From the NCBI GenBank assembly GCA_965178125.1, contig OZ237755.1, forward strand, positions 310,001 through 374,000: a stretch of DNA of 64,000 nt. The letters are read 5' to 3'. The notes under the pieces were generated by a model. That model did not search any database and was not told the origin of the DNA. It saw only the letters and a program-made list of their open reading frames with translations. Within the stretch, counting starts at the first letter, position 1, and every line of letters begins with the position of its first letter. Below are positions 22,501 to 35,487 of this stretch, piece after piece. The DNA comes from Bilabrum cf. latius. Lineage: Eukaryota. Made by a program: the position numbers and the translations under genes.

Positions 22501-25281
22501 TCATTCATTGCTGGCCCGCCGGAGCGCATACACCCCCGAAAAATCGCTCATGTGAATCTCGCCGCTCGTCGGGCTCCACGCCGGCGGCACGTTGCAGCTC
22601 GCGTGATGCGGCAGCTCCGACTCGATGCCCTTCGCCTCGAAGGCAGCGGCCGAGACATCGATCCACGACTCCCCTCCGTCCTCGCTCGCGTACTGAGCGT
22701 CGTTTCGCTGGTCACCGCGCTGCAGGTGCACATCCGCCAGAGGCACGTACGACCCGAGCGCCGCCACCTCCAGCACCCCCCCATCATCACCCCCGTTCGG
22801 GGGCACACCGCCCCGGCCGCTTCCACCGGCACGCACATTGAAAGCGATGTATCCGAGCTCGGCAAAGCCTAGGCGCGGGTCCGCCCTGAACGTGCTGTTG
22901 TCAAGGAGTCTCCAGCTGCCGGGGAGAGTGCCAGCAGACGCAAGGGCGCCGCCGGCCGCTCGAGTTCCGCTTCTGTGTGCAGTGCCAGACGCGGCCGCAA
23001 ATTCCCACACGCCGTACATGCCCCCCACGAGCAGCCTCACGGAACCCCCAGTTGCAGGGTTGTGCTGCGGCCGTGGATCGAACGCCTCCATCCCCGCGAA
23101 CCTCACGTTGTTGATGACAGCCAGCGCGTCCTCGGGAGCTGGCCTCGATGGAGGGGCCGCCAGCACGGACCATGTGTTCCCTGAGTCCGCGGACAGGAGG
23201 AGCTGGTCCCCAGCCATCTTGCTGAGCACCACGCGCGCGTCCAGGGGGTGGATGCTGGACGCTCGGACCCGGGTCGCTGCACCTTTCCCGTCCCTCCCTA
23301 GAGTCACCGAGGGCGTGGGCTCGAAGGTGCAGCCGCCGTCGGTCGACCGCATGTAGGACGCGTACACGATCGTGCTGTCGGGAGTGCAACCGGGGGTGCC
23401 GGTCCCAGACACCCGCGCATCGCCCTCATCAGAGCGAGGCGCCGTCGTGCTGCCCCAGAACAGCTTGCCGTCAGCAAGCGCGTCCTCCTCCACAGTGAAG
23501 TTGCCCACGACGGTCCAGCTCTCGCCGCGGTCCTCGCTGCGCACAATCAGGACAGGCGCGACGCCGTAAGACGTCAGCAAGATGCTGTCGTTCGTGGGGT
23601 GGAACTGCACCCCCCACTGCGCCCTGATCTGCCAGTAAGGAATGCCGTGCGGCGGGTGCTCGTGGGAGGGCCACTCGGGCTGGTTGTAGATCGTGAGTCC
23701 TTTCCAAGACAGGCCCCCATCCACGGTGAGGTCCAGGCCGTACTCCCGTCGCCCCACGGCGATGACGTCGTCCGACTGCCCAAAGGACATCTGCACCGCC
23801 TGCTTGAAGACCCCGCCGTGCGCGAAAGGCCTCCAGTTCATTCCGCCGTCGGTGCTCTCCAGCGGCGCCTTGAGGAAATTCGTCATCCAGGCACGCATGA
23901 TTGGCGGGTCCTTGGACTTGTTCTAATCCGCAGCGAGCGCCCCGGGGGCAGGCGGGGGGAAGTAGATCAGCTTCCTGTCCTGCTGGTTCTGCTCCGACGC
24001 GTTCGGGTAGTGGTACCCGGGCGTCTTGTAGTTGGCCGGGCCGTAGTCGATAAAGTTGGCAATGTAGGAGGCGTTGCTGCCCATGTGCCCCGTCCAGTCC
24101 CGCCACGAATCGCCCCCATCCATGGAAACGAGGAAGCTCTTGTCCTTGAGCTGGGCCATCGAGTAGGCCACCAGCACCTCGTCGTCGTGAGGGCTCTGCT
24201 CCAGAGCGTGCACGGCCCGTGCAGGGAGCCCCCCCGGCCTGGGGAACAGCACGGTGCGGTTCAACGACCCGCACGCGGTGTAGGGATTCCGCTGCGGGAC
24301 GCACTCGAACCCCTGCACCGAAGAGTTGGAGATGATGGCCCTGCCGGCAAGCGAGCCGGTGGAGGGCGAGGGTGCCTGCAGGACGGCAAAGTCGTTCACG
24401 TGGTCCTGCACCAGCTGCGACTTGGTGCTCCAGCCCACGGTGGTCTTGTTTGATTCCGAGTCCCGGGTGATGGTCCCCTGGAAGTGGACGAGGGGGCCCC
24501 CGGAGACGGACGGCTGCTGGTTGACGTTGATGCGGGCGTCCTCCCACAGCACGACAAACAGGCTGTACTGCAGCTCGGTGGCACCCGACTTCTTGCTTTC
24601 GTCAAATTGGGTCCGAGGCTGGGCTCGCACGACCAGATCCCATATGTGGAAGCCCTGCAGCGCGAATGGGGACCACGTCGCGCCGTCGTCCACCGAGACC
24701 TCGATCCCGATCGTCCTGTTGATAGGGTTCGTAACGAACATTACCCCGGTTTGTGGCTCCACCGCTAGCACCCTCCTGAATGCCCTCGTGGCAGACGAGC
24801 TCTTCATAAACTGCCAGGTCTCTCCTTCGTCGCGGGTGCGCCACCAACCGCTGCAATTCGAAACCTGCACGATGGGATCCCCACGGCAAGACACGAGCAA
24901 AAACGCCTACTAGGGATCCGTTGGGTGAAATACCACGGTGCCAGTGTGAGCGGCTGGGACTTCAACCGCAATAAACTCGGTTCCGTTCAGCCTGCGATTC
25001 GACACGGCCTACCGCCCCATGTCGGTCCCGTAGATCATAAAGTGCTCATTTACCGGAGATCCGCGGAAGACAGCATTCCATTCGGTACGATCAGACCCTT
25101 GACCGGGTCCCCACGGACCTTGGTTTGACTTGTGGCCGGGCCCGGGCATTGTATTTCGCTCCCATCCGGATCCGCTGAACGATGAAAACCCTCCGAGCTG
25201 AAGCGGACGTGGCAGCGTCCACTTGGCGAAAGAGCCGGTCAGTACTGCACAAACAATGAGAGCTAGCACGGCTCGCCTCAT
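22501..25281 (-). CDS. Secreted Asp-box (BNR) beta-propeller protein (GH74/sialidase/VPS10-like), ~926 aa
   Basis: Signal peptide MRRAVLALIV. TAGs at 25009, 24910, 24907 and 23923. About 9 Asp boxes (TRDEGETW, SVDDGATW, SMDGGDSW, STDGGMNW, TVDGGLSW, SEDRGESW, SADSGNTW, SEDGGESW). TGA stop. Confidence 0.75.
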
Positions 25282-25915
25282 GCTCAAAATTATTCGCAAT
25301 GACGCGCTGCTGTGGTGAGTTGCGGAACTTGGGGGCCACCCCGTCGCCGGCGGCGCCGCGCAAGGCAAGGGCCCCATCCACCCAGCAGGGTCTGCTAATC
25401 CTAGGCAGGCGTGACCTCACACTAGTCCACGAGTGAGCTGGTAGGGCCCTTCAACTTGAAGGCTGGCGTGGCAACCGCGATGGCAGCCGACTCGGAAGCA
25501 GAGTGTCGACCCGACACACCAAACAGGGTGGACAGACCGGGTGCGGGATGCAACGGGCGCGACACAGGGTGGAAGCCGCGTGCTGCAGAGTGGTGCGCGG
25601 GAAAATGAGCTGTTTTAAATGGACATCTTGCCGAGGGTGCCGATGCTAGCTCTGCACGGGGCATGGACTTCCGCAACAGTATCGACGCACGAAGCAACAC
25701 ATGCAGCGACACGATAGACAAACGACTCCAAGAACCCACTGCTGTACTTATACTGATTGCATCAGCATGTCTAGAAAGCCGTACAGTCATGGACCTTGAT
25801 CCGGTCCCTCTGGGGGTGCTGACGTGTACTAGTAGCGTGCCAGTGGCAATCTCCAAGGAGAAGTCCTGTATTTGTCCTCGGGAACCGCCGTGGACCTGCC
25901 GGCACTTTTCATTAA

Positions 25916-28372
25916 ATGGAGGGCAGGCTCGACTGGAGACATATTTCATTAATTCTGTCCTATTTGCCTCTTGAAGATGCTGCCACGGTAGCGTCTGTAT
26001 CTCACCTGTGGGCCAGGTCGTTTTAGCACTAGACACACTGGCTGAGACGAAATGCTCACATGCAGGAATACCTGCCTGCCCCACTTGTCGGGCATTCTTT
26101 GTCAGAGAAATAGACATTCGTAGCTGCACTCAGCGGTCCGTTGCAATGGAGAGCTGCCTCGGAGCAGCGAAGCAGCGCCCCAGAGCCCTCCAGCGGTGTA
26201 CACATTCACTTTAAGCACGAACCATTGCTGTCGGAGTCTGTTGCAAGCGGCGGTCCAGGTCTTGCTGAGGCAGCGCATATTCGGATGAGCTCGCTCGACG
26301 GCTCCGATGAGCTCGCATTCGCGCTTTGTAGGGGATCCGTTGCAGCAACCAGGTCCACATCCCGCTCCTTGAAGACAAAGGGACTCAAGGCAGCGGTTAC
26401 GTGCTGGAAGTATCCTGCTCGAGTTACCCTCAGCATACCTACGCCCTCTGCCGACGCCGCCGTGGGTACTTCGGCGCTTCTGCTCTCGTCGAAGCACGCG
26501 AGCTGCGCAGCCAGCAGCTGCAAGCACGTCGCGTACGCGCTCGCAAACAGCGGATCCCTGCTGGTTGTGGACGTCAGTAGGATCGCAGAGACAGATCTCA
26601 TTAATGCACAAGAGGCAGCCAAGGCCGAGACCGCGAGAAGCGCGAGGCAGTTTAACGTGCCCTCTGCCATCCGCAGGATGAGAGAGGAAGAGGCTGCCCG
26701 CCGCATGGCACAAGGAGGTGGTGCAGCGCACGTGTCAGCCCGCGGGGCTCTGTTCCACTCGTAGATCCCCATTGGTAGGGGTGGGGTGTCTTGCGTGGCG
26801 CTCGCTCAGTCGGAGAACCCAACCGCTCTGCCCCTTGCTGTGTGCGCCGGGTACGACAGAGAAGTGGTCATTGCTGACCTAAGCGCGGGCGTGGCGCTGC
26901 GGCGGCTGTGCGGGCACCCCCGGTCGGTGTGGAGCGTGGCGATTCAGGACGCCGTGGCGGCCAGCCGCGAGCTGGATCTCGTGGTGGAGGAAGGGGGCAA
27001 GGAGGACCACGGCGCCGTCGAGTCGCTGCAGGCGGCAAGCATGGGAGCCATCGGGAGCATCATGTCCGAGGAGGGCGCGCATGTTCCCATCCGGCACGCA
27101 GGCGCTGCACCAAGTCGCACTCACAGCAGTGGGGCGGCAGACGGCGCGCATGTTATGGCGACAGCAGCAGAGGTCGAGGCAGCCCGACTGGCAGCGATGG
27201 AGAAATCCGAGGAAAGCGACGATGCCGACGAAGCTGCAGCAGAAGGGACTGCGATCGCCGCGGGGAAAGCCGGTGCCGGGGTAGACGCTGGCGCTGGCAC
27301 TGATGCAGCCGATGCCAGCGCTGGTGATGCTGGAGCAGGAGCCGAGGACTACGAAGTCCCGCTTGGCTCGGCAGCCCCCCTCCGAGAGAAAGAGCACGAA
27401 GGCGCTGGGGGTGCTACGGGTGCTACTGGGGGCGCTCCAGGTCCCGCAGCCGGAACCAAGGTGCCAGAACGCATCGCTGCTTAGCTACGCCGGCTGGTGG
27501 TCGTGAGCGGAGACCGCGGCGGTCACGTGATCACTTGGGATGCAGAGTCTGGGCAGGCCCTGTCGTGCATTCGTGGGCATACCGGACAGTGCACTAGACT
27601 CGCAGTCGATGCTCCGAGTGCCACGCTGCTCTCTGCAGGGCACTCTGACGGCAGCTTGGTCCGTTGGAGGCTCGGCATGCGAGGAGTTGAGCATGGGGAA
27701 CGAGGAGCCGTGGGCCATCGGCTGGAGGGCTGGCTATTGCACAGGGGCGCGGTGAGTCCCAAGGGTCTCACGCCTCTCGAAGACGTCCTTGAAGACGAGG
27801 CCGCTCGGGAGGAGGCTGCCGCTGTCAAGGCTGCTGCCGCTGCTGCCGCTGCTGCAGCTGGTGCTGGTGCTGGTGCTGGTGCTGGTGCTGGTGCTGGTGC
27901 TGGTGCTGGTGCTGGTGCGAATGAGCCGAGCGACCCGACGCTGAATGACCTGTCTGTCGATTGGCGCAGGGGCGTTGTGGCCGTGCTGCACTCTCACGCA
28001 GGCCCCGACCGGTCCCTAGGATTGGCACCGTTCGTGACCGAAGACGTGCTGCGATGCGTGTGCGTGAATAGCGCTCGTTCGCTGTGCGCGTTGGGTCTGA
28101 GGAACCTCATGACGAAGGACAGGCAGCTGGGCGCCCTGGATGGGATCCAGGACGAGCACGTGCCGGCGCAGCGGGTCGTGCTCTCGGGGCCACTCGCGGT
28201 CGTTGCGGCGCAGGTGCTGCCTGTGCGCTATGATTTGACCTCAAGCTTTGGATCGTCTAAGCCAATGCTGGCAGGCGCCGTGTTCTTGGGTGCTGGCAGG
28301 ATGGCCGAGACTGTGGATCAGCTATCGCCGTCGTCGGAGGGCGGCGCGTCAGGCGGATGCACGGTGTCCTGA
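25916..28372 (+). CDS. F-box/WD40-repeat protein, ~818 aa
   Basis: The N-terminal F-box LDWRHISLILSYLPLEDAATVASVSHLW is visible only with TAG read-through (26024, 26030, 26111, 26762, 27482). WD40 motifs GHPRSVWSV and VSGDRGGHVITWD..GHT. TGA stop. Confidence 0.72.
27830..27920 (+). repeat. Coding (GCT)n/(GCTGGT)n microsatellite giving a poly-Ala then Ala-Gly run
   Basis: About 10 gctggt hexamers directly visible. Confidence 0.9.
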
Positions 28373-28431
28373 CCCGCAGTGAATGCTAAATGCTTGCACA
28401 AATGTTTTATTTTTGGGGGGCTGAGAGAAAA

Positions 28432-29391
28432 TCACGACGGGCTGTTGCTGGCATGTGCCTTGGTAGCAGCTGGAGCCATCGAACGTGGTCTCGGGGTGGG
28501 CTCCACTAATGAGGCTGCCGCTGGCGTGACTTGCGCGACGCCAGGCCATCCTCTGTCACGAGACATCGCTAGCGTACCGTTTGTTTCCATCGCACTCCTT
28601 GCAGCGTCTTTGCCTGGCAGTGGTGTGGTCTCCGTTTCAACTCTGCCCTCGCGGATCGTGTCCAAGTGCGACACATCCGGACTGGCAATGGGCGCTGGCC
28701 GCTCGTCGTGACGATTGCCCCCGTCGAAGATAGCATCACTCCACCGCCCACTGCTGTGCGTTTGCGCCCGTTGCCTGGACGAGCCAGTGGCTGCTGACGG
28801 AGCTCTCTCCTTCAGCCTGGGTGGCGGGCTGCGCTGCTCCCCGTGATGGCCGGAGGAGGACTCCTCTCGATCACAACCCTGAATTTTTCCTCTAGAGAAA
28901 TTCGGGCTTCCACTGCCTTGTCCCTCATCGCTCACGCCTGCTGATCTGGAAGTTGTAGCCGGCGAGTGTTCCTGATCAGCATCGGCGGCTTGATGATAAT
29001 TCTCCATCGCCGACGCCATCGGCTTGCCATCTCGGTGACAGGTGGGTCCCGCATCCTTTCGCCTAGCCATGTAAATACTGGTTTGGAGCTTATTCTTTGC
29101 GGCAGCAGCCCGAGCTCGTGGCTACTCTGCCGCAGAAACACCTGACTGGACGGCTTCAGTAGGGATCAATGGGGGGTTCGTATAGCCATGGTTGCTTCCA
29201 TTCTAACAAAGGATGGTGTCTGCGGCTCCCAATGTTCCCGGTGACTGCTTTATTTTCAATGGCGAAGAACCCGATCTTCGCCGCTCGCTGTCTGGATGTT
29301 CCCAGTGCATGTCAACTTGGTCGGACTCGTGGCACTGTTCCTGCCGGTGTTCCGGGCAGACTGCATCCGATCCTATCAAGCAATTCCCCAT
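28432..29391 (-). CDS. Unknown hydrophilic protein, possibly N-acylated (MGNC), ~319 aa
   Basis: ORFs 29203..29511 and 28432..29070 are in one frame, joined through two TAGs. ATG 29391 gives MGNCLIGS. TGA 28432. Confidence 0.45.
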
Positions 29392-29526
29392 TGAGTACAC
29401 TCGAGTAAAAAACAAACAGACAGAGCGATCAGAGATTATGCGCGGTGATTCGACAGCCTGATTTCGACACCACTGATGGCAGACCGGAACCAAAGCATCC
29501 CGGTGGATCATGATTCATGATTCATG

Positions 29527-31660
29527 TCACCGCCCGTCCCACAGGATGACCTCCCCGGCCGCTGTGCCAACGAGGTACTTGGCGTGCTGGCCGCCTCGTC
29601 CCCCCGCCCCGCCCGCGATCGCGACGCACCTCCCCTCACCTGGCCCGCTGCCAGAGGGCCCCATGGCGCCCTCGATCTGCTCCTTCCTGCGGCCTCGGGC
29701 CGCATCAAAGAGCCTGAGAGCCCCGTCCTCGCCAACGGAGACTACCAGCCCGCCCGACGGGTGGAAGGCGATCCCGCGCAGCCAGCCAGTTCCCGCCCTC
29801 ACTGTCGCTATACAAGCGGCGCCCCCTGGAGCAGGTACTGCACCTGCCCTGTGAGACGTGACGGCAGGCAGCTCAACCGTCCACACGCGCGCTGAGCCGT
29901 CTCGGGAGCACGTGGCAATGAAGCCACACCTTTCCACGGGGGGCAGCTGCAGCTCACTAACTCCATCCCCGGGACCAGCCGCACCTCCAGTGGCAGCTCC
30001 TTTGTCACCCGTGGGCAGTCCAGCAGAGAGCACGCGCGCCGCTGCTCGGATGCTGCGGTGCAGCCCTGCCACTGCCTCCCCAGAACTCGGAATGATGGCC
30101 ACGTCCTCCACGGCGTGTCCGTGTCCGAGCCGAGCCAGCAGCACGCCGCCGCCCGAGGGCACCGCGGCGCCGTCCTCGACGCGCGTGCTCGCCGCCCTCA
30201 GCTGCCCCGCAATGCCACCAGGAGCCCCGGGCTCGCCCTCCCTCGCAGAGGCAGCGGTGCTGGCGCCCCCAGGGAACACAATTGACTGGTCCTCGTCATC
30301 CACCCAGTAGCCGCGCGGCCCGAACAGACCGCTGCCGGTCCCGTTCGCGGCTGCTGCACCTCGGGTCTTCCCGATTCCCTCCTCCTCGTCTTCCTCGTCC
30401 TCTTCGTCCTCAAAGTCACCTCCACCCCCTTCGATGCTTGCACGCAACAGACCAGCGGCACTAAACACAGAGGCCGTGTGGTCCAGGCTCCCAGCGACCA
30501 GCAAGCCGGCTCCCCCGACGGAGCCGCCGGATCGCACCCTCAGCACCGCCTCCGAGTGCGCTCGCACGGTGGCCAAACACGTCCCTGCCGAGGTGTCCCA
30601 CAGCCGCAAGCAGCAGTCCCTGGAGGCACTCACCAGCACAGTCACGCGCTACTGATCCTCCGCCCTCGCCCCCCCGCGGCTCTCCGCAGCCCCTGCACCA
30701 GCACCAGCACCAGCCCCTGCACTAGACCTGGCCCCCGGTGACACTGCCTCTCCCTCTCCCTCCCGAAAATCATCCCCAGCAGCATCCTCCGGCGCCACTA
30801 GATGCTTCGGTATGCTGCAGAAGCAAACAGAAGTGACTGCCTGCGTGTGGCCGGCCAGCGTCCTCCGTGGCCGCTGGGCTCGCACCGAGTCAGCAGTGGC
30901 AGCTGCCGACGGATGGCCGGCGGCCTTCGATGCGCCTAACGTATCCATCTGCCAGAGCTTGATGGACCTGTCTGCGGAGCTCGTAGCCACTGTGGAGCCC
31001 GTTGGGTCTATCGTCACATCTAGCACCTCAGCTGTGTGGCCTCGCAACGAGCGCTCGAATGTGCCAGCTGCAATGTCCCAAACCTGCGCGCGCAAAAATT
31101 CTGCTGGTATTGGTTGAGTGCGTCTGTGCATTGCAAGAGAAATGGACATGCTCCTCAGAGATTCGGTCTCTCACAATCGCAGTTGAGTCAGCAGACGAGC
31201 TGACAGCAAGCGGCATGGTGGGGTGCAGCGCGATCCCAGTGACTGGCCTCCTGTGCATCCGAAGCCGCGATGCAACAGGCTCCACAGGTCGAAAATCAAG
31301 TCTTGTCAAAGCGCTCGGTGCTACTCTTGCGCTTGCAGCGCCACCAGCTCGTACCTATTGCTCTAGCTGCAACACCTTGGCTTGCAGCTTGAGCAGGGTG
31401 GTCCACTTTCTTGCTAGCTGGGATGTTCGGCCCGCAGCTTTCGGTTTGGGGGTGTCGCTTAAGCTTGCCTCTCGCCTAAAGGCCGCAGCCGCATCAGCGA
31501 AACGCTTTCCTTCGTCAACTGTCTCCAAGTACTCCAATATCGCAACGTGCCTGCGAAGCTATCCAAAATCTTCAATTCTCTACTATGCCCCATTCTACAG
31601 GAACGAACGACAGGCGTGGCGATTCACTTACAAATCTTTCTACTATCGCTCAGAAAGCAT
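29527..31660 (-). CDS. LIS1: LIS1/NudF (PAFAH1B1) dynein regulator: LisH, coiled coil and WD40
   Basis: MLSER-TAG-TAG-KDLHVAILEYL, ARKWTTLLKLQAKVLQLE, VWDIAAGTFERSLRGHT, VSASRD, ATCSRD. Introns 31551-31631 and 31084-31174. TAGs at 31643, 31640, 31355 and 30649. Confidence 0.88.
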
Positions 31661-31858
31661 AGTCTTTGTCACCGTCCAGGCCGATCTGCAAACTGCCAGG
31701 ACAGGTCAAGGGTTCGCCTTGAGCAGCGAAGGTTCTGCTTAACACTCGTCATCACTACTTGCGAGACCTGCCGGTGGAGTGAAGCAACGCTCAGCAATTT
31801 GAAGGCAATAGCAGGCCCCTCTGTTCAAACCTACTGCGCGTTTTAGGTGATTATAGGG

Positions 31859-33085
31859 ATGAAGTCCCCAGAAGCTCTTTGTTTGGTATTGATTGCGAGC
31901 ATGTGCTGCTTCATTTCGGGGGCGTTGCAGAAATTCGATGCATCAGTCCACGCGGTCACTGCAGCCAAAGTGGCACCCCGAAAACTCCACAGAAAAGTGT
32001 TCCCGTTTATGCAGATACTAGATGTCAGATTAGGGCAGGAGCGAGTTACAAGGGAATCTCGTACGGCGGTAGAAGAAGCCGCGGGTATTGCGTCCGACCT
32101 TGACGTCATGAATGCTCTCATCAGAGCAGTAGGGAGAGACTCTGCCATTAATGCGGTTGGTGTAATGGGACTTCGAGATATTCGAGCTGTTCTTGCTGGC
32201 ACCCCGTCTCCCCTCATCGTGGAGGTCGGAGCTGCACTTGGAGACGACACTGCAGTATACGCTCTACTGGCTGATAGGGTGATTGCGTACGAAGCAGGGC
32301 CGCAAACTGCGAGGAAATTGTCGTCTACGATGGATGATTTGAAGCAGCTGATGGCTCAGCGAGGTGTGGCAATTGCAAATGTGACGGTCGTGGGCAAGGC
32401 CGTGAGCGACCGCGCCGGCACGATGGACCTCCATCTCGTGTGGGGAGACTCCGACGCGGCCAACTTGACTGTGGGTGGTGTGGTGAGTGCAGACGACGAT
32501 GAAGGCAGCGCTCCCGGTCGCGTAGAGAGCCTTCAGGACTCGCTGGTGCCCCAGCCGTGGGCGGACGGCCTGAAGGCCGAGGGCCGGCGGGGGGCCACCA
32601 CAGTGCCCGTGGAGGTGGTACGGCTGGACGATCAGATCGACGAGCACGTGGATTTCTTGGAGATCGACGTGCAGGGGGCTGACTTTGCGGTGCTGCGGGG
32701 GGCTCGGCGGCTGATCGAGGAACACGGGATTGGGGTGATCCGGGTGGAGTTCACGCCGTTTTTGTTGCGCCAGGCGGGTGATGACCCGGTCGAGATGCTG
32801 CACTGGCTGTACGACCGGGGGTACGTCTGCTTCGACACGCCGGCAACGGTGGAGGGTGCCTGGAAGAGGACCATGTGGCAGGCCGCCCGGCAGTTCGTGG
32901 CTCAGCCGGGGGGCGAATGGGGCGGGGAGGGCAGGCCAGGGACCGGGGAGCGGCGACTGGGGGGCGGGCTATCCAGGGGTCCGGTGCTGTTCGAGGACTT
33001 CGTGAAGGCGCTGGAGAATTCCATGTTTGAGTTCTCCGGCAAGTAGATCCAGATGTATACGGACCTGCTGTGCTTTCAGAACTGA
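31859..33085 (+). CDS. FkbM-family SAM methyltransferase with an N-terminal anchor
   Basis: VEVGAALG, VIAYEA, RLDD, EIDVQGADFAVLRGA, VEF. TAG 33044 read through to YTDLLCFQN-TGA. Confidence 0.85.
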
Positions 33086-33299
33086 GAGGAGCCCTCGGTG
33101 AGGGCTGGTCCTTTGGTGGCAGGACTATGGTTGCCCAGCGACTTCATGCCATAGAGGACCGATCTATATGATTAAATTTCGGCTGAGGCTCACAACAATC
33201 ACCAATGACGCAAGCACGCAATGCATCGAAGGCTGAGGTCGTCCACCCGGAGCGATAAATTCGAGTTGCAGTTGTTCGAACCTCACTCTTTTTGTTCTC

Positions 33300-35297
33300 A
33301 TGTTTGAAGGCCCCGATGGCGGGTATGGGTGGTTCGTAGTCGTTGGTAGTTTTATGACGCACTTTATTGTACTTGGCAGCCAATACTCTGCGGGAGTGTT
33401 TGTGAGGGCCCTAACGTAGGAACTTGACGTGGAGCAGGGCGCTGCCAGCTGGGCAACATCTGTAGCTGTCGGCTGCATGCTGGGCGGCGGCCTAGTGTCT
33501 GGACCTCTTGTACATGCGTATGGACCTCGGCTTGTAGGTCTTTTTGGTGCATCATTGTCCGCATTAGGCATGCTGCTTGCAAGTTTTTCTGGATAGGTTT
33601 GGCAGGCTACTCTAGCTTATGGCGTTGTGTGCGGCGCGGGATTTAGCTGCTAGCTCGTTCCGTCTACTGTGGTTATAACGTAGTACTTTCATACCCAAAG
33701 AGCTCTTGCTGTTGGCCTGGGCGTTGCGGGGAGCGGCATTGGCACGCTTGCGCTGTCTCCGGTCGCGACTGCACTGGTGCTTTAGGGCGGGTATCCGTTA
33801 GCATTCCGGGTGTTTGCGGTTCTTCAGCTATGCATTGGGGGGTTTGCTGCAATGGCTTACGTGCCTGTTCGTCTTGTCCGCTGGAAAGCGGCCGAGGACT
33901 CTTCGGGTGCCAGAGGGTACCCTGAAGATACGAGGCGCATGGCGCCATTTGCTGCCAGTGAGGCGCCGGGCACCACTAGCTTGCCTGCCTAGGGCTCTTC
34001 CATCGGTACAATAAGTAGGGCCCGCAGCACGGACCCAGAGCACAGCAAAGCTGACGCGAGAGCTTCTGGGCCCGATGGTGGGGCCGGTGCAGGCGGCATC
34101 CGCTGCAGTCCCGACGGCAAGCCCACAGAAACAAGCACTGCGGCCGATGATGACATTGAACACTACTGCTGCGTGCCACTTGCGGCCTGCAACCCAATAC
34201 TAGACTGGCAGCTGGCTTGGGAGGACGATGAGAACGAGGCCACTGATGCTGGGAGCAGCCTGGAAGGCATCGGCCGCCAAAGGGGTGGGGAGTAGAGCGC
34301 GCTTGAGGATGATGGGAATGTTATCGCCAGACTGACCGAGGTTGAGTCTGCCGCTGGGCAGGTACCCGCGTCAGGGAACAGCACGAGAGCTTTCGTGTCG
34401 GGCCCTGCTACGTCAGCTCCCAAAGGCAGGAGCCCATCCCCTGCGACGGCCTCGAATGGGTCCACGAACAGGAGTAGATCCAGACGGCCGAGGCCGCCGG
34501 CAGTGACGATATGCGACCTGTGGGCCACCAGGGACTTTGCGCAGTTCGCGCTGGCCATTGGGGTCTCGTCGTTCGGTTATTTTGTCCCGTTTACGCACCT
34601 AGTTGCATTCCTGCAAGACGAGAGGGGCTTCTCACCGGAGAGGGCTGCGTTTGCCGTGTCTGTGATTGGGATAGCGTCCACAGCTGGGCGCGTGTTGCTG
34701 GGCAAGCTGGCGGACCTGCCCTGCCTGCCCCCCGTCCTCATGTTCGTGGCAGCACTCATGCTGACTGGCATCCCTACCGCGCTGCTGCCCGTCACCAAGG
34801 GCGACGCCGCGCTCTTCGTGTACTCTGCTCTGTATGGGTTGGGGTCCGGCACCTTCGTGGCAGTGACGCCTATCGCAGCGGTGACGATCGTGGGTGTGCA
34901 CGCCATGCCGCTCGCCATGGGTCAGCTGTACGCCATCCAGTGCATCCCCACGCTGCTTGGGCCACCGGTGACGGGTTGGATGAGGGATGGCTCCGGGGAC
35001 TTCACCCAGTCCTTTGTGACAGCTGGCAGCGCGCTGGTGGGCGGCAGCTTGCTGCTCCTCGGTTCCAAGTGCAGGACACGAGCGGACGGGCCGGCAGTGC
35101 TGGGGGGCCCAGCCGATGCTATAGCCAAGCTGTCCGTTGACTCGGATGAGGCCGTTGTTGCCATCAGTTCCGGAGAGAAAGCGGCCGATTGCATCGAAGT
35201 GGAAGCCTAGGCCGGGCCTGGCCGCATTTCTCCTGCCAGCTCCGCGCCTGCCCCTGTCGCAAGACAAGGGCACAGCACTGCCGCGGAGCTGGCCTAA
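33300..35297 (+). CDS. MFS monocarboxylate transporter (SLC16/MCT-like)
   Basis: PDGGYGWFVV and IT-TAG-YFHTQRALAVGLGVAGSGIG. TAGs at 33417, 33594, 33651, 33681, 33783, 33990, 34293 and 35208. GRVLLGKLAD, GPPVTGWMRD. First non-TAG stop is TAA 35295-35297. Confidence 0.9.
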
Positions 35298-35487
35298 AGA
35301 GAATATTCTACGCGTTATTATTAAAATGGCACTGCTTGAACAGAATCAAATGTTGTATACTCTAACAATGCAAGAGTGACAAGCAAACGCGGGAGGGTAA
35401 CAGCCGCAGTGCAGTTGTACACCAAGATCGGATCACTTCGACTCTGGGCAACAATAGCTGCTACGGCCCGAGCTGACCGGGATGCAA

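Noticed and set aside
25282-25915. Possible ncRNA or small gene in the largest divergent gap
   Set aside because: No tRNA, snRNA or protein motif was recognisable by eye.
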